This document shows, one piece after another, positions 46,609 to 55,165 of a DNA stretch of 64,000 nt (its first letter is position 1; each line of letters opens with the position of its first letter). The stretch lies in NCBI GenBank assembly GCA_021735655.1, contig JAIPGM010000001.1:224001-288000 (forward strand), read 5' to 3'. The position numbers and the translations under genes are program-made. The notes below the pieces were generated by a model. It was not told the origin of the DNA. It was given only the letters and a program-made list of their open reading frames with translations, and ran no database searches. This DNA comes from Candidatus Omnitrophota bacterium. Its GTDB lineage: Bacteria; Omnitrophota; Gorgyraeia; Duberdicusellales; 4484-171.

Positions 46609-47466
46609 ATGAAAAAAGTTATAATCAATGCTGATGATTTTGGGTTAACTGAAGGAATTAATAAAGGAATAATAGAAGCACATAAGAAAGGGGCAGTGAC
46701 TAGTGCATCATTAATGACAAATATGCCATCATTTTATGATGCTATAAGGTTAGCTAAAGATAATCCTGGTTTGGGTGTGGGGGTTCATCTTAATATTGTG
46801 CGCGGTGAGCCGGTTCTTCCTTTAGGGAACGTTAGAACGCTTGTTGATAAAGAAGGTTTTTTCCTGCGAAATATTTTTAAAATTATAGCAGGCATATATC
46901 AGAATAAAATAGATTTGATTGAGCTTGAGTCGGAATGGGTTGCTCAGATTGAGAGAGCTTTAGAAAATGGAATGTCAGTTACTCATCTAGATAGCGAAAA
47001 GCATCTGCATTTGATAGGGCCAGCTTTAAAGATTCTTAAAGTGTTGGCAAAACGCTATAAGATATCAAAAATAAGAGCGATTAATGAGCCTATGTATTTT
47101 AATAAGATATTTTCGAACCCTTTTTGCATTTTTAGAAAATGTTTTTATAAAACACTAGTTGTTAATTTGTTATCAAACCAAATGCAGGGCTTAAGATCTA
47201 CTGATTATTTTTACGGTTCTTACGAAGCAGGCAATATGATTTTAGAAAAATATCAAAATTTGTTTTCTTGCCTAGAGGATGGTCTTACTGAAATAATGTG
47301 TCATCCAGGCTATATCATCGGAGAGCAAGAGCGTACTTTACTTAATTATAATAGATATTCGCTAATCGGTAAACGCGAACGCGAATTGCAGGCATTGATT
47401 AATCCAAAGTTCAGCGAATTAGTGAAGCAATTCAATATAAGTTTAGTTAGTTATAAGGATGTATAA
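46609..47466 (+). CDS. YdjC/ChbG-family carbohydrate deacetylase
   Basis: 'MKKVIINADDFGLTEGINKGIIEAHKKGAVTSASLM' is the canonical YdjC N-terminus. Confidence 0.7.
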   Translation: MKKVIINADDFGLTEGINKGIIEAHKKGAVTSASLMTNMPSFYDAIRLAKDNPGLGVGVHLNIVRGEPVLPLGNVRTLVDKEGFFLRNIFKIIAGIYQNKIDLIELESEWVAQIERALENGMSVTHLDSEKHLHLIGPALKILKVLAKRYKISKIRAINEPMYFNKIFSNPFCIFRKCFYKTLVVNLLSNQMQGLRSTDYFYGSYEAGNMILEKYQNLFSCLEDGLTEIMCHPGYIIGEQERTLLNYNRYSLIGKRERELQALINPKFSELVKQFNISLVSYKDV

Positions 47467-47478
47467 GTTAAAGGCGGC

Positions 47479-48219
47479 ATGATAAAAGATATTTCTGTAA
47501 TTATACCTTTGCATAATGAATCCAAGAATATAATGATTCTTTATGACAAGTTAAAAAAGGAATTAGAGCGCTTGAGTAGGGATTATGAGATTATTTTTGT
47601 GGATGATGGGTCCGACGACGATACCTTCAGAATATTAACTGATATTTACGAGAAGGATACCTCAGTAAACATTATTAGTTTTGATAGAAATTATGGCCAA
47701 ACCGCCGGTTTGGCCGCAGGATTTAAGTTTGCAAAGGGAAATATTATTATTACCATGGACGGAGACTTGCAGCATGATCCAGAGGATATTCATAAGTTTA
47801 TCGATAAAATTCAGGACGGTTACGATATGGTAGGTGGGTGGAAAGTTAAAAGATCCGATAACTTTTTTACAAGAAGGCTGCCATCTTTAATTGTAAATAG
47901 AGTAATTTCTTTTTTATTTAAGGTAAAGATGCACGAAGTAAGTTCAACTTATAAGGCTTACAAGAAAGACGTGGTCAAAAATATATTTTTGTACGGTGGT
48001 TTGCATCGTTTTATCCCTTTACTTATTGAAAGCAATTGTTCAGTGTGCGAGGTAGAGATAAGGCACAATAAAAGGCTTTATGGCAAGTCCCATTACAATA
48101 TCGGCAGGGTAGGGAGTGTTATTCACGATTTAGTAATGTTATTGTGGGCGCGTGGTGATAAAAGCTCTAAGCCAAAAAAGCTTGTTTATTCAATAAAAGA
48201 CATGAAATATCATAAGTAA
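47479..48219 (+). CDS. GT2 polyprenyl-phosphate glycosyltransferase (GtrB/DPM1-like)
   Basis: 'ISVIIPLHNESKNI', 'IIFVDDGSDDDT' and 'TMDGDLQHDP' (a DxD motif). Confidence 0.75.
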   Translation: MIKDISVIIPLHNESKNIMILYDKLKKELERLSRDYEIIFVDDGSDDDTFRILTDIYEKDTSVNIISFDRNYGQTAGLAAGFKFAKGNIIITMDGDLQHDPEDIHKFIDKIQDGYDMVGGWKVKRSDNFFTRRLPSLIVNRVISFLFKVKMHEVSSTYKAYKKDVVKNIFLYGGLHRFIPLLIESNCSVCEVEIRHNKRLYGKSHYNIGRVGSVIHDLVMLLWARGDKSSKPKKLVYSIKDMKYHK

Positions 48220-48229
48220 ATATATCATT

Positions 48230-49837
48230 ATGACTACAGCGCGATATTCAAAAAATACAGAAAGACTTTTGTTGGGTATTTTGGCGGTGATTTCTCTTTT
48301 GGTTACTTTATATTGCCAGTACCCTTTGTTGACAAATAAATATGCGATTAACGATGATGTGCGCCAAGAAATCTACTTTTATAGTAATTACAATAATAGT
48401 AATCTTTTTCGGAACGATCCAATAACTGATTATTACCGAAGTTGGAATCCTTCGGGATTAAATACATTTTATTATTTTGCAAGCCTGTTTCATGATCCGA
48501 TAGGGGTTACAAAAATATTACCTTTTTTTCTTTGTGTGTTTTCGGCGCTTTACATGTTCGGGATAGGTAAGATATTGAAAGGTAATCTTTGTGGATTCTT
48601 AAGCGGCCTTTTGTTTATTTCTTTAGCCTGGAGCAGAGAGGCTTTTGAAGTTTTTGGTACCGGCAATGGAGAAGATTTTGCGGTAGTTTTCTGTGTGATG
48701 TTTTTGTATTATCTATTGAAAAAAGATTTACTTAAGTCTAGTATAACTTTGATTTTGCTTTCACTTTTCCACCCGTCCTTACTTCTAATTTGTCTATTGA
48801 CTCAATTTTTAGTTTTGATTATAGATTGCCTGAAACATAATAAATCAGCCTCAAAGAAACTATTGGGTTTTATGATAACCTTAATAATAATATTTTTAAT
48901 ATTGTGGCCAAAATATTTATCTGGTCAAATAAAGCTTACTAAATTAAAAGAGATGAAGGCCATGGAGGAGTTTTATCCCGGAGGGAGAAAACCACTTTTT
49001 TTTGAGTCTAGTTATGAACGCTGGACTAACTACGAGAGTGGTTTGGCAATAGATTATCCTTTGAGATGGTTGTTTGGGGTCGCTTCGATCGCCCTCCTTG
49101 TTCTCAGAAAGAAAATTTTGAAGGTTATGCCACCGCAGCTGTTTTATTTTATATTTATTTCTTTTGTATTGTTTGGGATCGCAAATTTATTCATGTATTC
49201 GCTATACGGTCCTTCAAGATATGTTAGATATCCGTTACCTTTATTTTTAATTTTTATTATAACCTTAGGTGTTAGTGAGATTACACAAAAGATAAAGGTG
49301 TCAGCAGGCAGGATAGCACTTATAACAGGGTTTATCGCCTTGATTGGTTTATCCTTTGCGCCTAAGCTACATGCTCATTATGTCGTAGCTCCCTATCCCG
49401 GCCTTTATAGGTTTTTATCAACGCTTCCTGAAAGTAGTCTTATTGCCGGACACCCGGTTTTAATGGATGATGTGCCTACTTTTGCCAAAAGAATAGTGTT
49501 TATTAGTCAAGAAACCTCTATGCCTTATTACGCTAATTTTTATCCTTTCATTAAGAAGCGCACCTATGATTTTTTCCGGGCCTATTATTCTAATGATTTG
49601 CGAGAAATTGATGATTTTTTTAAAAAGTATAATATAACCCACATGGTTGTCCAAAAAAGTAATTTTTCCGAGGACTACATAAAAAGATCTCAATTTTATT
49701 TTAATCCTTTTAATGCTTACGTTGAAGATATTATAAAGAATAGAAAGAAATTTGCCTTAATGGACGTCCCTCAAGATAGCAGATTGTTTGAGACCGAAGA
49801 TGTTTTTGTGATCGCAAAGGATAGCCTTGTTTTCTAA
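48230..49837 (+). CDS. Polytopic membrane protein, GT-C-like
   Basis: About 12 transmembrane segments. The first loop has an acidic motif (AINDDVRQEIY) and there is a C-terminal soluble domain. Confidence 0.4.
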   Translation: MTTARYSKNTERLLLGILAVISLLVTLYCQYPLLTNKYAINDDVRQEIYFYSNYNNSNLFRNDPITDYYRSWNPSGLNTFYYFASLFHDPIGVTKILPFFLCVFSALYMFGIGKILKGNLCGFLSGLLFISLAWSREAFEVFGTGNGEDFAVVFCVMFLYYLLKKDLLKSSITLILLSLFHPSLLLICLLTQFLVLIIDCLKHNKSASKKLLGFMITLIIIFLILWPKYLSGQIKLTKLKEMKAMEEFYPGGRKPLFFESSYERWTNYESGLAIDYPLRWLFGVASIALLVLRKKILKVMPPQLFYFIFISFVLFGIANLFMYSLYGPSRYVRYPLPLFLIFIITLGVSEITQKIKVSAGRIALITGFIALIGLSFAPKLHAHYVVAPYPGLYRFLSTLPESSLIAGHPVLMDDVPTFAKRIVFISQETSMPYYANFYPFIKKRTYDFFRAYYSNDLREIDDFFKKYNITHMVVQKSNFSEDYIKRSQFYFNPFNAYVEDIIKNRKKFALMDVPQDSRLFETEDVFVIAKDSLVF

Positions 49838-49854
49838 AGGAGTTTACGCTAGCC

Positions 49855-51072
49855 ATGTTTATAAAAGCTATACCACCGCATAGGATAGCCGTTACATATA
49901 AAGAAATGTTAAAGCTATTAAGCCTTTTTTTCCAGAGGAAGCTTATGGAGGGCGATTCTATTGAGGAATTTGAACAGAGGTTTGCTGAATATATCGGAAC
50001 CGAATCGGCCTGTGCTGTTTCCTCGGGAAGATACGGATTGAAATTGATACTAGAGTCTTTAGGGCTAAAAAAAGGCGATGAAATAATTATCCCGGCTTAT
50101 ACTTTTTATGTTGTTCCCGAAGTGGTCAAAAAGGCGGGGTTTGTCCCGGTGTTCGTGGACATAAACGCTAATGATTATAATATAGATACCCGATGTATAG
50201 AAGAGAAAATTACCGAAAAGACAAAAGTTATCATTGCGGTACACCTTTTCGGAAAACCTTGCGAATTGGATAGAATATCAGAGATTGCTAAAAAGCATGG
50301 TTTGTTCGTGATTGAAGATTGTGCACAGTCAATTGGCGCTGAATATCGAAATAAAAAAGTCGGATCTTTCGGTAATTGTGCCTATTTCAGTTTTGAAACA
50401 GTAAAACCTTTTCATACTTTCGGCGGAGGAATGATAGTAACTAGTAACAAATCATTACATCAAAAGTTAAAAAAAGCTACGCAGGTATGTTCTTACCCGA
50501 AGTATTCGGGAGTTGCTAAGAAGATATTTTTTACCATTATGGAATCAATGTTAACCAGCTATTTTTTGTTCACAATTTTTATATACCCACTTTTTTTCCT
50601 GGCCATGATTTTTGGTAAAGATCTTAAGAAAGTCGCCAAGCGGACAAAGGGAAAATTTAAGTTGCTTCAGACAAGGTATACTAATTTTCAGGCTTCAATA
50701 GGAATTCTTAAATTTGGAGCCTTAGATTTTCAACTTGAAAGAATGATTATGAATGTAAAGCTTCTAAATGAAAGATTAGATCAAAGTATAGCCACTCAGA
50801 ATTTAGACGACCATACTAAGCCTATATTTTATTACTTTGTTGTTAAAAGCAAAAATAGGAAGAATTTTTCTAATGTTTTATTCCGTAAGGGGATAATCGG
50901 GACTACTAATATGGCACAAAATTGCTGTAAGGATAGTTCTCTCGGCGATTATTATCCGGTTGCCCGGGAAGCGGATGCCGATCTTTTTCAAATACCGGTA
51001 TACAGTAATTTTTCTTTAAAAGACATTGAGCGTTTGTCTAGCATTCTAAATAGGTATTTTAAACAAGAATAG
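49855..51072 (+). CDS. DegT/DnrJ/EryC1-family PLP-dependent sugar aminotransferase
   Basis: 'HLFGKPCEL', 'EDCAQSIGAEY' and 'SFETVKPFHTFGGG' with the Schiff-base Lys are present. An internal hydrophobic segment (SYFLFTIFIYPLFFLAMIFG) is unusual. Confidence 0.6.
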   Translation: MFIKAIPPHRIAVTYKEMLKLLSLFFQRKLMEGDSIEEFEQRFAEYIGTESACAVSSGRYGLKLILESLGLKKGDEIIIPAYTFYVVPEVVKKAGFVPVFVDINANDYNIDTRCIEEKITEKTKVIIAVHLFGKPCELDRISEIAKKHGLFVIEDCAQSIGAEYRNKKVGSFGNCAYFSFETVKPFHTFGGGMIVTSNKSLHQKLKKATQVCSYPKYSGVAKKIFFTIMESMLTSYFLFTIFIYPLFFLAMIFGKDLKKVAKRTKGKFKLLQTRYTNFQASIGILKFGALDFQLERMIMNVKLLNERLDQSIATQNLDDHTKPIFYYFVVKSKNRKNFSNVLFRKGIIGTTNMAQNCCKDSSLGDYYPVAREADADLFQIPVYSNFSLKDIERLSSILNRYFKQE

Positions 51073-51077
51073 CGAAA

Positions 51078-52058
51078 ATGAAGTCGTATAAAAAATTATT
51101 GGTTGGCGGTGCTATACTCGGAAAAATATTGTTGAAGAAAAGGACACCACTTCTGGTTAGTTGGGTAATCACCGAGAGGTGTAATTATCGTTGTAAATAT
51201 TGCAGTATTTGGAATAAAAAAGTAAGAGATTTAGATTATCAGAATGTTTGCGCTGTCATTGATAAATTATCGAAATGGGGAACTAAAGCTATAGCTTTCA
51301 TTGGAGGCGAACCGCTTTTGCGTGATGATATAGGAAAGATTTTAAAGTATTGTTATCAGAAAGGAATATATACCAAGTTAACCACCAATGGTTCTTTAAT
51401 TTCTAAAAAGCTAGACCAGATTAAAGACGTCGGGTCTGTTAAGTTGAGTTTTGACGGCCCCAAAGAGGTACATGATTCAAACCGCCAGTCGGGTTCTTAT
51501 GAGCATGCTATCGGCGCTGCAGAGCTGCTAAAGAAATCCAAGATTAAAGTGATCTTTAATTGTGTTATTTCTAAAACGAATGTGGAAAGGCTTGATTACG
51601 TATTGTTAATTGCCGCTAAGCTCGGTATCAGAGTTACTTTCCAACCTTTGGAGTTTCGCAATGATCAGGATTTCATATTCGACAATATGCCTTCGGAAGC
51701 TAAATATAAAAAAGCCATAAATAGGCTTATATATGAAAAGAAAAGAGGAAATAGGTACATTGCTAATTCGCTGCCCGGCTTACGATATTTGTATAATTGG
51801 CCCCATGGCAAAGAGTTAAAGTGCTGGGCCGGAACGCTTCATTTTAGGATAGGTCCTCAAGGCAGTTTTTCTGCTTGTGACAGGATTCCTGACGGCTACT
51901 TACCGTTTGATATTTTGAAAGGAGATTTTAAGTCAGCCCTTAAGGGTATGCGGCCCCCCAACTGTAGCCAAGGTTGCTGGCGGAACACAACCATTGAGTT
52001 AAATTATCTTTTATCTCTGCATCCTTTGGCGATATTAAATGCGGTTAATGTCTTTTAA
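51078..52058 (+). CDS. Radical SAM/SPASM enzyme, family A paralog
   Basis: 'ITERCNYRCKYCSIW', 'IGGEPLLRDDI' and a SPASM tail (CSQGCWRNTTIELNYL). Confidence 0.8.
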   Translation: MKSYKKLLVGGAILGKILLKKRTPLLVSWVITERCNYRCKYCSIWNKKVRDLDYQNVCAVIDKLSKWGTKAIAFIGGEPLLRDDIGKILKYCYQKGIYTKLTTNGSLISKKLDQIKDVGSVKLSFDGPKEVHDSNRQSGSYEHAIGAAELLKKSKIKVIFNCVISKTNVERLDYVLLIAAKLGIRVTFQPLEFRNDQDFIFDNMPSEAKYKKAINRLIYEKKRGNRYIANSLPGLRYLYNWPHGKELKCWAGTLHFRIGPQGSFSACDRIPDGYLPFDILKGDFKSALKGMRPPNCSQGCWRNTTIELNYLLSLHPLAILNAVNVF

Positions 52059-52065
52059 ATGGGTA

Positions 52066-53049
52066 ATGAAATTAATAAATAAAATAGCTTCTCTTAAATC
52101 TATCCTAAAGGCTAAATGCTTTTCTTACCGGATTCCTTTAATAGTAAGTTGGCATTTGGTTAATCGATGCAATCGAAAATGTAAATATTGTTATCGATGG
52201 AGCACCGTTGAGAAAGAACTATCCAGCGATGAGGTTTTTTGCGTAATCGATGTATTGTCTCAAATGGGCAACCAGGTGATAATATTTAGCGGCGGAGAGC
52301 CTTTACTTAGGGATGATATAGGTAAAATCATAGATTATAGTCAGGCTAAGGGTATCTTTACGGGGTTGACCTCTAACGGTGATTTAGTCCCAGAAAGAAT
52401 AAATGAGATTAAGGGATTGGATATGCTAAAGATAAGTTTCGATGGTCCGAAAGATGTACATGATTTTTTAAGGGGTAAAGGGTCATATGACAATGTTATG
52501 GTGGCCATTGAAACGGCAAAAAAATACAACATCAAGGTTAAGTTCAATACTACTTTAACTAAATATAATATAGAATATATAGATTTCATTTTGGAAAAGG
52601 CAAAGCAATTAAATGTAAAAGTAAAATTTCAACCGGTTAGCCATGTGCACTCAGCCGGAAAAGACATTCGCGATTTTTTTCCCGAGATTAAAGAGTATAA
52701 ACAGGCGGTTCAAAGGTTGATCGACTCAAAAAGGACTAATAAATTTATTATTAATTCGATTGCTAGCCTTAACTATCTTAGTACTTGGCCGCACCCTCTA
52801 AAATTAAAATGTTATGCCGGAAAATTAATCTGTTGCATCACAGCTAATGGAAAAGTTTGGCCTTGTTCAGCGGCGCGTGAGGAATCTTATCATTTGAACT
52901 GTTTAGACCCAAAATTTAAAAAGATGTTTGCTCGAGGGTTGGCTATGCCATTTTGTCAGGGCTGTTGGTGCTCAAGTACTTTGGAACTAAATTGCCTGAT
53001 GAAGTTTAACCTTAATACAATTTTAAACATTAGAAGATTATTTGATTGA
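52066..53049 (+). CDS. Radical SAM/SPASM enzyme, family A paralog (tandem with the 51078 gene)
   Basis: 'LVNRCNRKCKYCYRW', 'SGGEPLLRDDI' and a SPASM tail (CQGCWCSSTLELNCL). ATG 52066 was chosen. The ORF track starts at 52039, inside the upstream gene. Confidence 0.8.
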   Translation: MKLINKIASLKSILKAKCFSYRIPLIVSWHLVNRCNRKCKYCYRWSTVEKELSSDEVFCVIDVLSQMGNQVIIFSGGEPLLRDDIGKIIDYSQAKGIFTGLTSNGDLVPERINEIKGLDMLKISFDGPKDVHDFLRGKGSYDNVMVAIETAKKYNIKVKFNTTLTKYNIEYIDFILEKAKQLNVKVKFQPVSHVHSAGKDIRDFFPEIKEYKQAVQRLIDSKRTNKFIINSIASLNYLSTWPHPLKLKCYAGKLICCITANGKVWPCSAAREESYHLNCLDPKFKKMFARGLAMPFCQGCWCSSTLELNCLMKFNLNTILNIRRLFD

Positions 53050-53074
53050 TATCTGATAATTTCTAAACTAGAAT

Positions 53075-54058
53075 ATGGATATTTCAGTAATAATTCCATC
53101 GTATCGACCAGCTGACATAAAAGAATGTTTGAAATCTATTTTTGAATCTGATCTTAGGCCTTGTGAGATTATCTTGGTAGATGATTGTTCAACTCTTGAT
53201 TATTTCAGAGAAATAGATAGTTTTTGCCAGATAATTAAGTTGAAAGAACACGTCGGTCCGGCCAAAGCCAGAAATATTGGTGCTTGTCAAGCAAAAGGGG
53301 ATATTTTTTGTTTCATTGATTCCGATGTTAAAATATTTAGCAATACCTTGAGATTAATAAGTGATTCATTTCAATCTTTACCAGAAATTGCTGCCGTTCA
53401 AACTGCATGCACAGAATATTGTAGATTCACGAATTTTGCAAGCCAATATCATAATTTATACCTATATTTTCACATTGAAGCAATCAGGTGTAAATATATT
53501 AGGACTTTCATCGGAAATTGTTTTGCAGTAAAAAAAGAAGACTTTGTTTCGGTAGGAGGGTTTAATGAAAATATTAAAAATGCAAGCGTCGAGGATGGTG
53601 ATTTTGGTATGCGACTGTCTGAGCAGGAAAGAATAATATATCTAAATAAAAACATTAAAATTGAGCACAGAAGTTATATTAAATTACGAGGCGTACTAAA
53701 AAGAATGTTTATTCAATCCCAAGATAAAGTGTATACTTTAATGAAAAATAAAAGTTTATTTAAATTTTCTCCGGATAAAACTCCTCACTCGAAGGAAAAA
53801 ATATTTTCAGTATTATTGTCGCCTTTGTTGCTGATCAGTTCCATTATTTTAATTTTTGCTCCAAAAACGTATGTAATTTTTCTCTCAGCCTTATTGCTAT
53901 ATTTATTGTCTAGCAGGCAGTTTATCTATTTTACCTTGAAATCCAAAGGGATAATGTTTGCAATTAAAGCTGCTGTTTTTTATTACCTTAATTGCTTAGT
54001 TGCTTTCGTTGGCATAACCTGGGGTGTAATCAAGTTTGGGGGGGGTAATATTATCTAA
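53075..54058 (+). CDS. Glycosyltransferase family 2 with a C-terminal membrane anchor
   Basis: 'ISVIIPSYRPADIKECL…IILVDDCS', 'FIDSDV' and 'GGFNE'. The C-terminal helices are transmembrane. Its stop overlaps the next start as TAATG. Confidence 0.75.
   Translation: MDISVIIPSYRPADIKECLKSIFESDLRPCEIILVDDCSTLDYFREIDSFCQIIKLKEHVGPAKARNIGACQAKGDIFCFIDSDVKIFSNTLRLISDSFQSLPEIAAVQTACTEYCRFTNFASQYHNLYLYFHIEAIRCKYIRTFIGNCFAVKKEDFVSVGGFNENIKNASVEDGDFGMRLSEQERIIYLNKNIKIEHRSYIKLRGVLKRMFIQSQDKVYTLMKNKSLFKFSPDKTPHSKEKIFSVLLSPLLLISSIILIFAPKTYVIFLSALLLYLLSSRQFIYFTLKSKGIMFAIKAAVFYYLNCLVAFVGITWGVIKFGGGNII
54038..54045. repeat. Homopolymeric G8 tract in the last codons of the GT2 gene, 13 nt before the coupled rSAM start
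   Basis: The sequence is tttGGGGGGGGtaat and encodes …FGGGNII*. G8 is rare in this AT-rich sequence. Confidence 0.9.
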
Positions 54059-55164
54059 TGCAGTATATTAAACAAATTTTTAAACTGATTAATAAGAAAA
54101 GTGTGAATCCAGAATATGTTACATTTTTTATTACTAATAAATGCAATGCAAAGTGTAAGCACTGCTTATATTGGTCTAGCCTTAATTCAGACGAAAACGA
54201 ATTGTCTTGTGAGGAGGTTAAAAAGATATCGCAAAATATGGGCAACTTTATATTTTTACTTATCACCGGCGGTGAGCCATTCATGAGAGAAGATATTTCA
54301 GAGATTGCTCGTATTTTTTATGAGAATAACAACATTAAAAAACTTTCCCTAGTGACCAATGGCTATTTTACTGATAAAATAATTGGACATACTAAGGAAA
54401 TATTAAGAAGGTGTCCAAAATTACAGTTGAACCTAAGTATTTCCTTGGATGGCATTGGCAAAAGGCACGATGAAATTAGAGGCCTAGAGGGTATTTTTCA
54501 AAGAGCAATTAATACCATTGGCAATCTAAAAAAAGTTCAGAATTCTTATCCGAAATTATCTATTTCAACCGTTTGCTCATTTTCAGTTTTAAATCAAAAC
54601 GATATTTTTGATATTTATCATTACGCAAGGGATGTTCTTAAACTTGATTCATTTAATTGTCCTTTAGTTCGCGGTAATTTAAAAGACAACTCAATAAAAT
54701 CAAGTGATATAGCTATATACAAAAAGCTTTCAGAGGTTGTGAGAGCTGATGTTGTCAGCGGTAAATTAAAAGGGGCCAGCGATCATTTTATATCTAATGT
54801 AATATCTGCGGCTAAATTTATTGCGACAGATTTAAGCGTAAAGACTTTTGAGGCTGACAAATATATAACTCCCTGTTATGCCGGTAAAATAAATGTAGTT
54901 ATTTACCCTGACGGAGGGGTGTTTCCTTGTGAATTGCGAAAGGAAAAGTTGGGAGATTTAAGGACGGCGAATTATGATTTTAAAAAAATATGGTTTTCAA
55001 AAAAATCAAAAAGAGTTCTTGAGAAAATAAAAGAAACTAAATGCCATTGTTTTCATGGTTGTAATATGTTACCTAATGTTTTATATAATTCTCGATATAT
55101 ACCTAAGATGACTGTGAATTATATAAATGTATTATTAAAGAGATCAGGCAATAACTACAATTGA
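54058..55164 (+). CDS. Radical SAM/SPASM enzyme, family B paralog
   Basis: 'FITNKCNAKCKHCLYW', 'ITGGEPFMREDI' and a SPASM tail (PCELRKEKLGDL…CHCFHGCN). Confidence 0.8.
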   Translation: MQYIKQIFKLINKKSVNPEYVTFFITNKCNAKCKHCLYWSSLNSDENELSCEEVKKISQNMGNFIFLLITGGEPFMREDISEIARIFYENNNIKKLSLVTNGYFTDKIIGHTKEILRRCPKLQLNLSISLDGIGKRHDEIRGLEGIFQRAINTIGNLKKVQNSYPKLSISTVCSFSVLNQNDIFDIYHYARDVLKLDSFNCPLVRGNLKDNSIKSSDIAIYKKLSEVVRADVVSGKLKGASDHFISNVISAAKFIATDLSVKTFEADKYITPCYAGKINVVIYPDGGVFPCELRKEKLGDLRTANYDFKKIWFSKKSKRVLEKIKETKCHCFHGCNMLPNVLYNSRYIPKMTVNYINVLLKRSGNNYN

Positions 55165-55165
55165 T

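Noticed and set aside
54038-54060. Idea that a +1 slip in the G8 tract fuses the GT2 and the downstream rSAM into one polypeptide.
   Set aside because: In the +1-insertion frame the very next codon (54046-54048) is TAA, so no fusion is possible.
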